A DNA stretch of 64,000 nucleotides from the human T2T-CHM13v2.0 reference genome, Homo sapiens: NCBI RefSeq assembly GCF_009914755.1, contig NC_060925.1, one strand, 5' to 3'. Shown piece after piece: positions 48,276-63,509 of the stretch; the first letter of the stretch is position 1; the number at the start of each line of letters is the position of its first letter. The position numbers and the translations under genes are program-made. The notes beneath the pieces were generated by a model. It saw only the letters and a program-made list of their open reading frames with translations. It was not told where the DNA came from and searched no databases.

Positions 48276-48276
<1 letters not shown>

Positions 48277-48316
<40 letters not shown>
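48277..48316. repeat. (TG)n microsatellite, about 20 units
   Basis: Directly visible. Confidence 0.95.
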
Positions 48317-48317
<1 letters not shown>

Positions 48318-50399
48318 TTGGTTGTTTTGTTTCCAAGGTATATCCCAAGCAATTCCAACACCATATCTAATAAACCAAGCTAGGCTACAGTTTCAAGGTA
48401 AAATAAATATTATATTTAAGTCTTCCTATTTCCCACTTCTTGGTGTTTGGTTTTATGCAACCTCGTGGGGCAACAGTTTTCAGGTAGAATAGACTCTAGG
48501 CAAAAACTGTGAAGCAGGCTAAATGTCTATAAATTTCCTTCACAGCCCTGTTCTCGCCATCAAAGCTTCTGCATCTGGCTACCCTCTGTTGCTTTACAGT
48601 CATAGCCTGCTATTATAGTGCTCTATTGGGCTTATTTATTTAATATGGCCCCAGGCTGGAGAGAGAATCTTGACTTTCCTGCCCCTGGTGCTTCAAATCT
48701 TCTCCTAGGGACCTGCTACATTACCGGCTAATTAATTTGATAAAGCAAATGGAACAGAGGTAATCATGGCTGAGATGATCTAAATTAACCTTCTCAGGTA
48801 ATTTTGTGCATTTTTGTAAGATACTTGTTGCTTTTAGAAGTGGGAATCGTGCACTTCCAAAATGTGACTCTGGATGGGGAAGAGTGAATTTTTTTCAGGG
48901 AAATCTCACATTCCTCAAATCACACCAAGTGGATGTTCTCATGGCAGTCGGGTAAAAGATATCTCAAAGGAGGTCAGCACCTTAATTTTATTCCAAGACC
49001 ACAGACCAGAGTCTTGAATTAAGCTGTCCTTTTGACAAATGTACTTTGTTCATCACAAGAAGGAGGAATGATAGAGGTGGATGAAGAGGTGCAAATCTAT
49101 CACCACTGAGAGAAAACAAAATTGAAGCACACACTCAGCTGTAAACAAGTTAGTGGCATGCACTTCATGTATAAGCATGCCTCTTCACTTAGTATTCGCA
49201 GGAAAAGAGGGAAAATGAGAAATATGTCAAAACTTTGGTTCTGGGAAACACGTCAAAATAAGCAATGTTGAAAATAAAAGTCTCATTGTGCTTGCTTTGC
49301 CTAGGCGATTTCCTAAAGAGCACCATTTGCACAGGGAATGTGTTACAGCACAATGCAGATGTTCAGACCCTGGGGCCTTCTTCAGGGCACTGGGAAGCAA
49401 ACCAAAGGGCTCTGTTTGGAGAAAAAAGAACTTTCCTGTCAAGAAAATGAAGAAAAGCCACAGAATTAAGATGAAAAGGAAGATAATTAAGAAGTAACTT
49501 TTTTCGTTCCCCACAAATCTAGTTCAAGCCACTTACCTAAAACACTACTGGGACTGCCAAAATATTTATACTTTATGTTTTATTTTACCAGCTTAGAAAA
49601 ACTTGTGCAATTTTCAGATATTTTGTCTCAGTTGTTCAGCAACAATCACCCTAATCTGACAGAGAAGCAGGTCCACCTGCATTTATATTCTCCCCTTAGA
49701 CATGGGAAATAGGAATATTGACCCAGGTATAACACATTTGAGGCCTACAATGTGCAGGATGCTGGGCTTTATCTTGGGAATCAGAGGCTGTGAGTGGACG
49801 AGAAATATGAAGAAGACAGTTCTTACTTTGGGGGAGGGAGAACATAAACAAAGAGTTCTAACGCAATGAGGTGAGTGTCACGATAAAGATAAGTAGGATA
49901 CGAATGGAAGTATGGAGAGGAACAGGGAGTCTCTGCAGGAAAGTGTGCAAGCTGGGTGATTCAGTGAGCAACGAGGCTTGAAGTGCAGTCTCCAGAGAAC
50001 CATTATGTAATAGCCCAACCTCCTTTTATTCAACTTAAATCAATTTCATTTGGAACATTGAGAGGGAGGCTGAAGCAAATTGGCAAGATATAACCAGCAC
50101 TTGCCTATTGGTTAACTGGGGAAGAGTTGACTACATTATTTTAGTTATACTGCCTATTTTTTAGAATAGGATAAACATAGATAAAGGAAGCAGAATAATT
50201 TCTAAGTCTCCTTTTTCAGGACTAGTGTTTCCAAATGGGTAGCCCTGGGATCATGCTGTTCTTGAACGTCTGACACACAGGTGAAATAAGTGAATGCTAG
50301 AATTAATGAATGGAAGTTACAAAAAAAAAACAAAATTAAAAAAAAAAAACAGCAGGTCTTTATCCCAATATGAGAGAGAAATATTCACACACTGGGTTC

Positions 50400-50540
50400 T
50401 CTGGGCTGGAATGGATGGACTCTCCAGAAAGTGAGTATCCCTTTGTTAGCTATGCCCAAGCATGTGAAAGAAAATTTCCTCTGGTGGATGGGAGTTTGAA
50501 CTTGATGGTCTTTAAGACCCGTCCGACTCTAAGTTCTATA
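50400..50540. mobile_element. L3/CR1 3' fragment
   Basis: gggagtttgaacttgatggtctttaagacccgtccgactctaagttctat resembles the CR1 3' end. Confidence 0.45.
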
Positions 50541-51246
50541 AACAAGTCTCCCTTTTGAGTTTCTGACTTAGCCTGGGTTCCATAGAAAACAAAGCTTGAA
50601 ACAAAATTGATTTACTAAGGCTTTATTGGAAGATATGTTTTCAGGGAAGCTAGAGCAAGGGAAAGAAGGATGTAATAAAAGAAGAAAAAGCAAATGCCAG
50701 CTGGTCACAACATTACAAGAAACTCGGCTGGGGCGTGAGCAGGTGGAATGTCTTCCAGACAGGCAGGGCAGAAATCCCCGGCCTCACAGAACACCGTCTG
50801 ATGCAGAACAAAAGGAGGAATGATTTATCTGCTGAGTTTTTCCCATCTCCTGTTTCTTACTGGTCAAAGTTTGTTCAGAGGAACTTTGATCCTCCTGCAC
50901 TTCTAGGTGGTGTTGCCTTGAGCTTCAAGGTAGTTGCTAAAAAAGCTAGATGCTGTACTTTGCAGTGTGGGTCTGGATGTGCATCTAGAAGGCGTTAAGG
51001 TAACCATACTCTGTCTGCTCAAGCAAGGTCATGAGAGACGGAGACCTCGCCCTTCCTGGCCCTCATCCCTATGGGAAGCTGAAAAAGTCTGAGGTGATAG
51101 GAGGCTGAGCCAGGTGGCAGCAACCAGGGCTCTCCCTGGAGCAAGCAGTAAAGCCCCAGGGCCAGTGAAGCTGAGCAAATGAGCTAGGTCCAAGAGAATA
51201 TCCTGGCCTCCTATTTCCAACGTGAACTCTCTCCTGAGTTAGAGCC

Positions 51247-51550
51247 TTTTTTTTTTTTTTTTTTTTGTAAGCAGGGTCTCACCCTGCTGCCGAGCCTGGA
51301 GTGCAGTGGTGTGATCATCATTCATTGCAGCCTCAACCCCTCGGTCTCAGTTGATCCTCCCATCGTGGCCTCCTGAGTAGCTGGGACTACAGACATGTGC
51401 CACCATACCTGGCTAACTTTTTGTAGTTTTTGTAGAGATGGGGTTTTGCCATGTTGTCCAGGCTAGTCCCAAACTCCTGGGCTCAAGCAATCCACTTGCT
51501 TGGGTCTCCCAAAGTACTGGGATTACAGGTGTGAGCCACTGTACCTGACC
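51247..51550 (-). mobile_element. AluJ, antisense
   Basis: Poly-T plus J-type Alu body. Confidence 0.9.
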
Positions 51551-52199
51551 CACGTTTGATTTTCTAATTCAACGTTAAAACTTAGCCAGTATGCTGTAGA
51601 GGTGGGAGCAGAAATGAGAAAAACAAAGAGTAAACTCACCAAAGAAAAAACTACTAAATAGAAAGATGGTTGTAAGACAGAAACAAACAAAAAAAAGATT
51701 CAAAGCAAAAGCAGTTTGGAAGGACAGCTTCATTGGAATGCTTTCTCATTGTTCTTGCCTTCTTTCAGGAGTGTCAAGTTGACATGATTCCATGGAAAAT
51801 GCATTTTTCATGAACAGGGGTGGCTGTGACCTTTAGCTCCTGGAGTTGGAGGGCAGCCCCCTAAGGGAGGCTGACTGTGATTCCAGGATCACAGCGTGGA
51901 ATCCGCATGCCCAGGGTGGGCAGGAACTTCAAGGGCCTTTGCAAGGGCTGTCTGAGCTGCTCTTTGCAGAGTTATGGGTGGGCAGGAAGACTGGTTAACT
52001 GGCTAAGATCTTACTGCATCACAGTTTGTATGTTTCTGGGCTGCCTGTGCCTCACAGTTGGAAGATGCTTCTTCTTTCTGACAGATGCACAATTCACGTC
52101 TACAGTCTAAACAAAATGGGCTACAAGGAAGGAATCAAAATAACTTCAAGTATTTAGTACGGAGAAGGAAATCACAGGGTAAAAGGCTTTTGATGCAAG

Positions 52200-53030
52200 C
52201 ATCTGGCCTCAATCGTCTCACCTCCCATTCCCCTCTGACCCCAATGTCATTTAGCTCTATCCTCACTACAGATGGACATATTCTGTCAAAGTCATCTAGA
52301 ACCTCCAAATTGATGAATCTATTGCCCTATTCCTAGTACTCAGCCACTTCAACTCTCTGCTGCCCTTAGCATTTGCAATCATTCTCTTCTTCAAATGTAG
52401 TATCTCTTCTGTGGACATTACCTCTCTCTTCAGATTCTCCCCTTTCCCCTTGGAGCCCTTCAGTGATCTCTTCAGTTGGTTTCCCATCATCCAATAGCCT
52501 CTCAAGGGTTAGTTCTTCGGAGGGTGGCCATGCCCACTTTTCCTCATCCATGGTTATAGATTCAATGACCAATTACATGTTCATGGCTCCCAAATCTGCA
52601 TTTCTATCCCTGCCCTCTCACCGGGGCTCTGGAATCTTATTTCAAACTATTTACTGGATATTATCTGCTAGATGCCCCATTAGATGTCTCAAGATGTATC
52701 AAGTTCAAGTCGGCCTGCATCTTGCCTCCCAGATGTGTTTTCTCTCATTCATTGTGTAGTTTGGTAGATGATATTGCCCATCCAACCACCCTCAAAACTT
52801 TGGGGTCATCCTAGACTTTTCTCTCTCCTTCACATACCCTCTGACCCAAGAGATAATGGAGTCACTTCTCCCTCTCCCTGTCCCTTAATCTTTGGTGCTC
52901 CCATCCAGGCCCTCATTATCTCTGAAATCTATTGTCCTTGCACCTTCTCCGTTTCTAAAGTCTGTCCAACTTCTACTACCTTGAGATCTTCTTCTGAAAC
53001 ACAAATCTGATCACCTTATTCCCTAGTGTC
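52200..53030. mobile_element. L2 fragment
   Basis: CT-rich L2 ORF2/3' motifs (agcatttgcaatcattctcttcttc; aaatctgatcacc). Confidence 0.6.
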
Positions 53031-53060
53031 ATGAGTCATGGTCTCTAGAAACAGAGTCTA

Positions 53061-53227
53061 AGACAGGATAGGGGTACTTGTGATTTTCTGAGGGGTGCTC
53101 TCAAGAAAAACCTGCAAGAGGAGGAGTGAAGAGGATAGAAAAGAGACAGGAATAGGGGTACTTCTGAATTTCTGAGGGGTCCTCTCAAGAAAAACTTGCA
53201 AGGGAAGGAGTGAAGAGGATAGAAAAG
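53061..53227. repeat. 83-bp tandem duplication (2 copies) in an old LTR-like region
   Basis: agacagg(a)ataggggtactt...gaagaggatagaaaag at 53061-53143 and 53144-53227. Confidence 0.9.
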
Positions 53228-54729
53228 AGGAAAGTATGTGCTGTTGGGGGATGTCTAGCCTTGACCCGATCTGCTGAGGGAGGACTCTGAACCAAAACCA
53301 CAACACAATGGTTTCCCATGAAGGTACAGGGGCTGGTCTTTTTATCCTCAGATAAATCCATCATGGGCTGTGCATTGCTCAAGATATCAGTGGGGAGAGG
53401 GGAGTAACTTCCCAGGCAAAGTGACTCCTATCAGCTGAGGACAATTATCCTAAGAAGAGAAGCATTTGTGAGCCTCTAGCAGCCAACATGTGTACCAGTT
53501 GGAGGAAGTGTGCTTTGGTAGTAAGTGGGAGCCAGGCATGGCCCCAAAGCAGCTACTGCACTATGCTTAAAGTTGCATTTTAGCTCTCCATTCAAGCAGA
53601 ATAAATTAAAAACCACTAAGCATGGCCCTTCTCTGCGTGACCCTTGCCAGCCTTGTATCTTACCATTGTCTTTTTTACCTGACATCCTTACTGAATGTTC
53701 CCTATAGACTGGATCTCCTATGCATGTTTTCACCACCACTCTTTTGGTCCTGGTGTTCCCTCTGCATGGAATTCTCTTTCTTCCTGCTCACCTGAAAAAC
53801 TCCAGCTCAAATGTCATACTTGTGAGGCCATGATTCAAATATCTAGGCAGAATTAATTACTCCTATGCCTGCCCTTGTCATTGCATTCTATATAAAGCTC
53901 CCTTATAACCACTCTTGAAATTGTAAATATTTTCTGGAGTGCTTGTTTCTTCACTAGATCATCTGAGGACACATATTCTATGTCTCCCAATCTTTGAACC
54001 CCAAGACCTAGCAAAGGTCTAGTGCTTTGTAAAGACTCCATAAATGTTAAATTAAATTGTGTATCTGTGGCCTTTATATAAGCAGCAATTGTCACATCTC
54101 TGAGGCAAAGAACAATTCATAAGGTCTTCAGCTATTACACAATTGCTGATTTGAATGCACTTTAGCTCATTGTTATGAATACCTTTGATTTTGCAATGTT
54201 TATTGCACTTCCTCTCCCCTTTATTCCATCCCTATTTCTTTTGTGGTTTTCACCTCACAGATATTGAATATAGACAAGGTTCAGGTTTTGTGGCAAGAAT
54301 TGAGTGCTCCTTAGAATGTTATCTCTGTGAATCCAAAAGACAAATAAAAATTACTGATCAAACCAAAGCAGTGTCTTCTGAAAGTCATATCTATCAGAGG
54401 TGATATTGATGCTAACGGAAAAAGATGACAAAACCTCCCTTTGATTCTGCAATTTGGCATGCTCAAGGCATTCGAAAAGTAGCTCTTTTCTTTGTGGTAA
54501 CTTTCATGTATCTTCTGCCACTTCTTTCCAGCTGATTCAGGCTTACATTATATACAATAAAATTCATCTTTTCAAAGTGTACAGCTTGTATACAGTCATG
54601 TAACCACCATCCCCTTCCATATCTAATGCCCTCAGTCACTCTTTGACCTACTTTGTCTAGTGTTTCACATAAATGCAATCATACAATATAATCTTTTGTG
54701 TTTGAATTATTCCACTTAGCACAATTTTT

Positions 54730-55043
<314 letters not shown>

Positions 55044-55501
55044 TAAATTTATTCATGTTACTGTGTTTAATATCTTGTTCCTTTGTTGCATGCATATTCC
55101 ACAATTTATCATTCGCCAGTTGATAAACATGTGATTATTTTCATTTTTGGCTATTATGAATGATGATGAATATTCATGTACATGTCTTTTTGTGAACATG
55201 TATCTTCACTTCTCTCCAGATGATTGTGCTTGGTTATATTAGTGCATATTTAACTTTCATAAGATATTGCCAAATTGCTTTCTAAGGTGGTCGTACCATT
55301 TAATACACCAAAAGCAGTGTAGGAGAGTTTCAGTTGCTTCACATTCTCTCCAACACTTGGTATAGTCAGTTTTTTTTTGTTTGTTTGTTTGTTTGTTTGT
55401 TTGTTTTACTTTGGTCATTCTACCAAGTGTATAGTGGCAACTCTTTGTGGTTTTAACTTGCATTTCTTTGATGACTAATATTTTATGTGCTTAATGGCTA
55501 C

Positions 55502-55741
55502 GTTTGTCAGGAGAAGCTGACAGCTCAGCATTCAGTCAGGCAAAGCTTCCTCTTATTCAGGTCTTCAGTGGGTCAGATGAGGCCCATGGACATTACGGGG
55601 GCAGTTTTACTCAGCTGCTGATTCAAATGTGAATCTCATACAGAAACACCTTCACTGACACACCCAAAATGGGGTTTGGCCAAATGTTTCGGCACCCTGT
55701 GGATTACTTAGTCACATTCACACATAAAATTAATCATCACA
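55502..55741 (-). mobile_element. MLT2 (ERVL) LTR fragment
   Basis: gatgaggcccat...cacataaaattaatcatcaca terminal sequence. Confidence 0.75.
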
Positions 55742-57771
55742 GCAACTACTCACATCTCCTCTTTTGTGAAGCATCTGTTCAAATATTTTATCCAGTTTTT
55801 GCTGGAGGTAGGGAGATTGTCTTCTACTTGAGTGATTTTTAAGATATATTTTGGATGAAAACCCTTTGTCAGATATCTATTTTACAAAAATTCTTAATTT
55901 TGAGGAAGTCTATGCTTTTTGTTTCATTTGGCGAATGATATTTTTGTGTGTTCCGTTTAAGAGAACTTTGCCTAATCCAATGTCACAAAGATTTTATCTT
56001 ACGTTTCCTCCTAAAAATTTTGTCAAACACTAGCCCTTTGTTTTGTGGTCATTTTCATTTATCTATTTTCAATTTTTAAGTGTAGTGTCTTTCAGAAGTG
56101 CCTATTATATGATAAAAAACCATATGAGACACACATGAAGGAAATAATTGACCATTTGTTTTATGGTTATCATCGTTATAAAGTAATATGTAAATTAAGA
56201 TCAGACTTTTGAAAAGATTCTAGAAAAAATATATACCAAAATGGAATAGTGTTCATCTCTCAGTGATAATATTATGAATATTTTCTTACTTTTGCTTACC
56301 TATAATTTTCTGATTGTTTTCAAAAGAGTAGGTCTATAATTTGTATATTTTTAAATACCCTTAATATGCATAAGTAGTAATAAATAGTAACTTATTTATT
56401 TAAAGAATTAAGCTTATTTCTTGTTATGTCTTATTTGGTACATTTAAGAAAAGCAAAAAATTGTTTATGAAGCTGGAGCTTTCACCTGAGTACACCCATT
56501 TCTTTGATATGTGTAGTTACTACATAGTGTTTTTATTTGTATTTTATTCAAATATCTAGGAGGTCTTTTCATTGACTTTGAATGAAAAGCTCCAAGATTT
56601 TATTCTAGTCATTATATCAGATAGGAGTGAAATAAGAAGATTCTGTTACCCTTGACGTCCTCATCAAATTACCCTTACCCCTTTGCTTGGGTTCACCTTC
56701 CTTGAGACTAGGAAAAGTCGATGAGAATAATTAAGATTGTAGGTGGCTACAATTGCAAGAATTCAAGCCATTTAATAAAAAGCACCATACCAGGGAAGTG
56801 AGCTGGCCTCTCCAGAGATGTAGAGCTCACTAAGATAGTTGAGGCAATGTGATTCCTTGGACACTGGTATTTGCTTTACAATCACACCTGCAGGAATAAC
56901 AACACAATTCTAGTACCAGAGAATGTCTTGATCTAGCAGTTCAGTGCAATGCCTTTTATTTACAACTGAAGACAAACCCTACATGATCTCATCCTTTTCT
57001 ACTGCATACATTTGTTCCAAACCTTCCAATGTCCATCTGGTTAGAACACAGCCCCTAAGTATTATTTTCTTCATTTACAGGTGGATTTTCTCTTTATAAT
57101 ATTAACATAAGCAGCAGGCCCAAAGCCTGACAACCAACCTTGGCTCTTCCCAAACACAACTTACATTGCTGACGATGGTCCATTTTCAAATCATTCATTC
57201 AGTGGCAATGAGTATCACTTATTATGAAGGTATCTCAAATTACCCAAAACACACATTAAAGTTTACAGCAGGAATTCATCAAATCAAACAAATTACTCTC
57301 TTTCTGTTCTGTCCTACTTCTTTAAGTGTTTGTAAGCAGAGCTCATTAAAACTTCTTGAAGTTGTTTATCATCTGCCTTTCCCTTTACTTTGGGAAGTAA
57401 TGTTTTGGTTTCGTAGATTTAAACTATTTTTTTAAGTACACACAGCCTTCCTTGAGCAAATTCAGCTATGTAGGTGTCCTTGTCCTCATGGACAGACTCT
57501 GCAGCTACCGTGTGGCTACGCTGACCAATGAATGGCCACCCATTGACATCACCCTGCCCCCTGCACTCCTGAGCCCCTTATCAGCCCTGCTTCTATTTTC
57601 TCCAGAGAATTTTTACCCTTTAAGCACACTCTACAGTTTATTTATTGTAACCATTGCTACTGTCTCCCCTACAATGTAAGTTCCAGAAGGGCAGGCATCT
57701 TGCCTTGTTCATTGGCATAGGCCAAGCGCCTGGAGAAGTGCCTGGCACATATCAGGCCCCCAATATATTTT

Positions 57772-58074
57772 TTTATTTTTGTATTTTATTATTTTTTTAT
57801 TTTGAGACAGAATCTCACCCTGTTTTCCAGGCTCAAGTGCAGCAGCACAATCTTGGCTCCCTGCAACCTCTGTCCCCCAGGTTCAAGCAATTCTCATGCC
57901 TCAGCCTCCTGAGTAGCTGGGATTACAGGCATGTGCCACCACACCTGGCTAATTTTTGTATTTTTAGTAGAGATGGGGTTTTGCCATGCTGGTCTCGAAC
58001 TCCTGACCTCAAGTGGTGTCCCCACCTTAGCCTCCAAAAGTGCTGGGATTACATGGGGAGCCACCACACCCAGT
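57772..58074 (-). mobile_element. Alu (S/J), antisense
   Basis: Alu body with an internal deletion; ATATATTTTT on both flanks; sits within an L2 fragment. Confidence 0.9.
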
Positions 58075-59109
58075 GGATATATATTTTTTAAATAAACAAA
58101 TGAGTGACTCAAAGACCCTCAGAAAGTCTCCTTTGCCCTCCACAGTGTCTCTGCCAGGTAATACTGGTATAGTGTCTGAAATTCTACTTTTAGAGATTTC
58201 TACTTTGAGGTTTCTTCATGAGTACCTTTAGGTTATGAGGCATGTACATACTTCTGTAAGGAGCACCATTCATCTATCCATTCAATGGCTATTTTCTGGA
58301 TTATCCACTATGCATAATGCACTGCCCTAGGTATTCTGGGGACACAGAACTGAGTCAGATTCATTCAGCCTCCAAGGCAGGCTCACATTTACTATTGATG
58401 TGACATCATGCCCTCAAGAGAGATACACAAAGCGCTTAGTGGAAGCCCACAACTGATGGCTGTGGTTATTTCTATCCCTGGGGGCTAGGATCCTTGGCTG
58501 CCTGGTGCCTCTGACCCTGACAGTGCACTTCTAACAACAGAGAGTGACAAATGAGGCCTTTCATCCACTTCTTCATTCACCTCTTTATTAATTTAACATA
58601 TATTAAGTTTCTTCTCTGTGCCAGGCATTTGCTAAATCCTGGGCATATGGCAATGAATGAGCAAAACAGAGTCCTTGCCTTCATGGAGGTCACAGTTAGT
58701 TGAGAAGTTAGATATGAAGCGAGAAATTGTTTAAATGTGACAAGAGTTCTCACAGGGGATACATAGGGAGCTATGGAAGCACACAGAAAGGGCTGCTACT
58801 GCAATCTAGCCTGGAGGCAGGGGCTGGTCCTCCTTAGGAATCCCCGGGGAACTGTGAAGGTTTGTATCTGAATCCCAGATTTTACTGGGACGATGCACAG
58901 ACAGATGCGTGAACGTATGTTCATTGGTTTTTTTGTGTTGTTGTCTTAGGTTGGTTTTCATGGTCGTAGCTGAGGTGTTTGTTATTGTTATGTTTTGTGT
59001 TGTTGCATCTGACTGTATGATGATGGCTGTGAGAACTTAGGGGTGTTCTTCGATGTGGTGGGATGGCCAAGGTGAGGTCTGCGGTTCACCACACTCGCTC
59101 TTTAAAGTC

Positions 59110-59192
59110 AATGGTTCTCAACCTTGGCTGTACGTTGGAGTCACTTGGGAGATATAAAAAATACCAGTGCCTGGGCACTACCCCAGAGATTT
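59110..59192. mobile_element. MER5A-like hAT MITE fragment
   Basis: caatggttctcaaccttggctgtacgttggagtcacttggg. Confidence 0.7.
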
Positions 59193-60001
59193 GGGCCTCC
59201 AAGTCCATGGTAAACAACCTCCCCCACATCCTGGTCTTTCATGTGGCATTTTTCTTCCACTGCTAGGGCCCAGAGTAAACCTTTTCTCTCTGAGCTTACT
59301 GTTCTCCCTCTTAAGACATTGCTGCTTATTCTCCCATGCCTCCAATATCTCAGGGCCCATGGGGTGAAAATCTCAGATTTAAGGCTTTTTCCTTCTTGAT
59401 GTATCACCCTTCTTCATTGCTGGCATCTCTCAGCTTCTTGGCAAATGTTCCAAATGTATAGGCTTTCACCCTAAGTCTTCATTCACTCCTTCATTTATTC
59501 CAACGATATTAACCAACATTGATTGGGTGCTTATATTGTGCCCAGTACTCTTGTAGGTGCTTGGTACACACCAGTGGAAAACACTGGCAGTATTACCTAT
59601 CCGGGAAACTACCTAATATTCTAGGGAGGGGAGGACAAAATGTCCCCTCACTGGACACAATGCAAAGTGCAGGGGACAGATCTAAAGAGACAGCAAGTGG
59701 AAGAGAGATTAAATGAACCATATGGAGTTCCAAAGGGCAGGCACAAACAAATTGGTGCAAGTTACAAAGAGAGATTTCGGCTCAATCATTCTTATTGTGG
59801 ATAAAATAGTTGTCATGACTAATGAGGGCCTACTGCTAGCTCTCTGTCAGGCACTGTGCTGAGGGCCCAACAAACATCGCACTATTTACTGCTTAGAAGA
59901 ACCCTCTGAACTAGGAACCCCTCGTGAACCTCCTTTCTCTCCCACACAGACAGACGATGCCTAGAGAGTTATCTGAGACTCAGAGAGAGATTCACTGCCT
60001 T

Positions 60002-60453
<452 letters not shown>

Positions 60454-63015
60454 CTAGATATCAGCTAATTATGAACTTTAGTGAGCCCTTAGGCTCACGT
60501 AGAACTTGGAATTTACCAAAAGATATCCAATTGCATTACGCCTTCAGAGAAAAGGATGTGCTGTCATCCACCTCAGACAGATTAGACTGCAAGAAGAGTA
60601 TTTATATCTGTGTATTCCACTGCAAAATTTACATAATAATGTAAAACTACTTTTCAGAAATTACATTATGAAAGATTAGATAAGCCAAGAAATACCATGA
60701 TCAGGAAAGGTAACAAGTGGTTTCTGATTTGTCAACCTTAAGGCATGATGTAGATTGATGGCATTATAATTGCATGTTGCAAAATGCAGGTAAAATGCAG
60801 AAGACCTTTGAACTAAGCATGGACCATCAAGAAAGGGAAGCTTCCCCATATCACCATCACCAGGACAAACTGTGGGGGAAGGAGAGGCAGAAGCTGCTTC
60901 AGAAAGGTTCCCAACCACCAGTTTTAGGACGTTGACTCTTCTGTGTTGAGCAATGAGATGTTCTGACAGTTACTACTATGGAAACAGCCAGAAATAACTA
61001 AGCAGACGTGTGTGTGTGTTTATTACGACACACATTCCAAATAAACTCTATCGATCACGTCAAATGTAGAATGTGTGTTTAAAGGATTTGTGATGTAAAT
61101 AAACAAATTTTTATTCTCCTGATCACATCCATTCTAAAATGCTCTTGCAAAAGCTTCTTGGAGAAAAGTTAGGGATTCAATAACTATTGGTAAAGAGTTT
61201 TACGTTATTTTATTAATGTGACATTTATATTGCATTGCATATTTTTAAAGTTCATGGCTATTGTTATTGGACATTGGCAGTCCTTTGTAAAAGACCTTAG
61301 AGAACAGGACATTTCCCCCTGAGAGCCCAGCAAGGTCACCGCCAAGGCTGGCTGGTCCTGTGTGAAATAGGAAATGCCTTCCTGTTCACAACAGTGGGTC
61401 TAGGCCACACGTGGAGCCTCATGTGTACTCTTCCTTCAGAAGCATCCGATACTTTACCTACACTGCAAGAATAATGCAAAGACCTTATTGTCTCCGTTGT
61501 AAACTGAGCAAAATAATGATTTCAATAAAATAATGATTTCAATAAAATAATTAAAGTGTTTCCTATTGATTTTGAAGTAGAACAGTAAGCATTCCTTATA
61601 GGGCAGAGATGATTTTTATTATGGTTAGCTATGATTTTCGCTACTCTTAATTATAAATTGGCAAGTGAGTGGACACAATTTGAAAGTTTCCACATGACTA
61701 TTTACTGATATTTGTCTATAGATTTCTTTATGGATTTAAAACATATCGCATTTTCCAAGGAGAAAAATAATAGATGCAGAAAGAAAGAGTGAGTTACATT
61801 TCTAAAGTAACACAGTAGCTAAGTATGAAGTCAGACTGGGGTGAAATTGGACTCTGTGGGAAGACTCGATCTGCTTTTCCTAAGTGATCACGGGCCTGAG
61901 TTGCCCAGGAGCACTGGGAATAGCATTTGTTTCATTGCTTTCCATCCGCCGTGCTTCCCTCTCAATGCCTTCTTCCCCCAGACTCATGCCTTGATCCCCC
62001 AGACTTCGACATTTACATTAAGTCAGCCTAGCCCAACAAAACAGCTAGAAACCAAAACTTGCCTGGTGGAGTGAGGCCTGGAAATCATTTGGCACACTGC
62101 TTACAGTCACTAGGGGATTCAGATTTAGATATTGGCCTTTTAAAAAAAATAAAATCTATAGTCATCTTGCAAACATCACACACATTGTATTTACTTCTGT
62201 CAAAACGTTCATTTGTTAAACATAAACATTTAAAATATATCATTATTTGGTCTTTTCCTCATTTTTGTAATTTATTGAGAGCCTCAAAAAATGGAAGTAG
62301 TCCAGGCCTCCCGGAGTATCTGAGAGTCTCTGCTGATGCCCAGTATAAATGAGTCTCAGGCCCAGCCTCTGTGCACCAAAAGCATCCCCACCCTCTGTGC
62401 TTTTCATCTGCCCTGGTTCTTGGCTCCTTACTATGCTCTTCTATCATCTTGGTTCTGGATCTTCATTTGATCTCCTACTTCCATGCTCACCTTCTGCCCA
62501 CAGACTGGACAAAGGGTCAGGCTTTCTGCTTTGGCCTCTCAGGGCCCCTTAAGTCACAGACTGAACTTATGTTTAGATCTTTTGCCCCTCCCACCCACAT
62601 AGTCCCCATACCCCAGAAGTCTCTGCAGGGATTTTCCAGGCTTCTCCTCTGCCTACATCAGACATAGCTGGACACTCTTATTTCCAACTTAGTAACCAAA
62701 TTTGCCCATTGCTATGGCAACAAAGACGCATGGTTATTGCAGCAATCACTTCACCTGAGAAACACGGTGGGGCCTCAGACCACCCTCCACACCAAGGCTC
62801 CACCTGCCATCATCTCCATGAACCCATCTGGAGCATTTTTGCTCCTGCCCATAGGAAATTCGAGAAAACAACAACAACAATATAGTTACTGAACTCTGTG
62901 GTGTAGTTTTGAGCCAGCTTGGTATCTTAGCTCTTGAAATGTGGTGAGTAGCTAGAAAGATGTTATGTTCTACTAAAGAGATACATTCATTCTCTATTGA
63001 TGTGTAACAAATTAC

Positions 63016-63500
63016 TGTTACTGAGCAAAAGGCGCTTCCTGGGCTACGCATTAGGAGTCACAGTATTGCCTATGACACTGGGTTTTGCAGAAAAAAAAGG
63101 TTTTTATTGCAAGTTCACTAACAGAGAGACAGGACTCCTGCCCAAACCCTCAAACCCGTCTTCCTGTGTGCCTTTAAGGCAGAAACTTGATTAGAAAAGG
63201 TTTAGGGGTGGATTCTGGGATTAGTAGGTGATTTGTGGAAGGAAAGGAGAAGTCTGGGAAGTCCTCAGGCATGTGCAGTTATCTCTCCATGCTACCTCAT
63301 GGGGCCCATGTGCAAATTTGGGGGGAGTTAGCATGAAACATGCTGTGGGAATTTGGGCTGTGACAGCAGCAAGCTCCTTCTCTGCAAACTCTGCTTGGCC
63401 ATATTGGTTCCAATGATTGCAGGCAGTTTTGTTATCTCACAAGCAGAGGGAATTTCCACTTTTCAGCAAGTTGTTTCTTTTCTTATCTGCCATCCTGCAG
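63016..63500 (-). mobile_element. ERV1-type LTR fragment, antisense
   Basis: TGTTAC terminus and an antisense poly(A) signal (tttattg) nearby; family uncertain. Confidence 0.5.
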
Positions 63501-63509
63501 AGTTATGCT

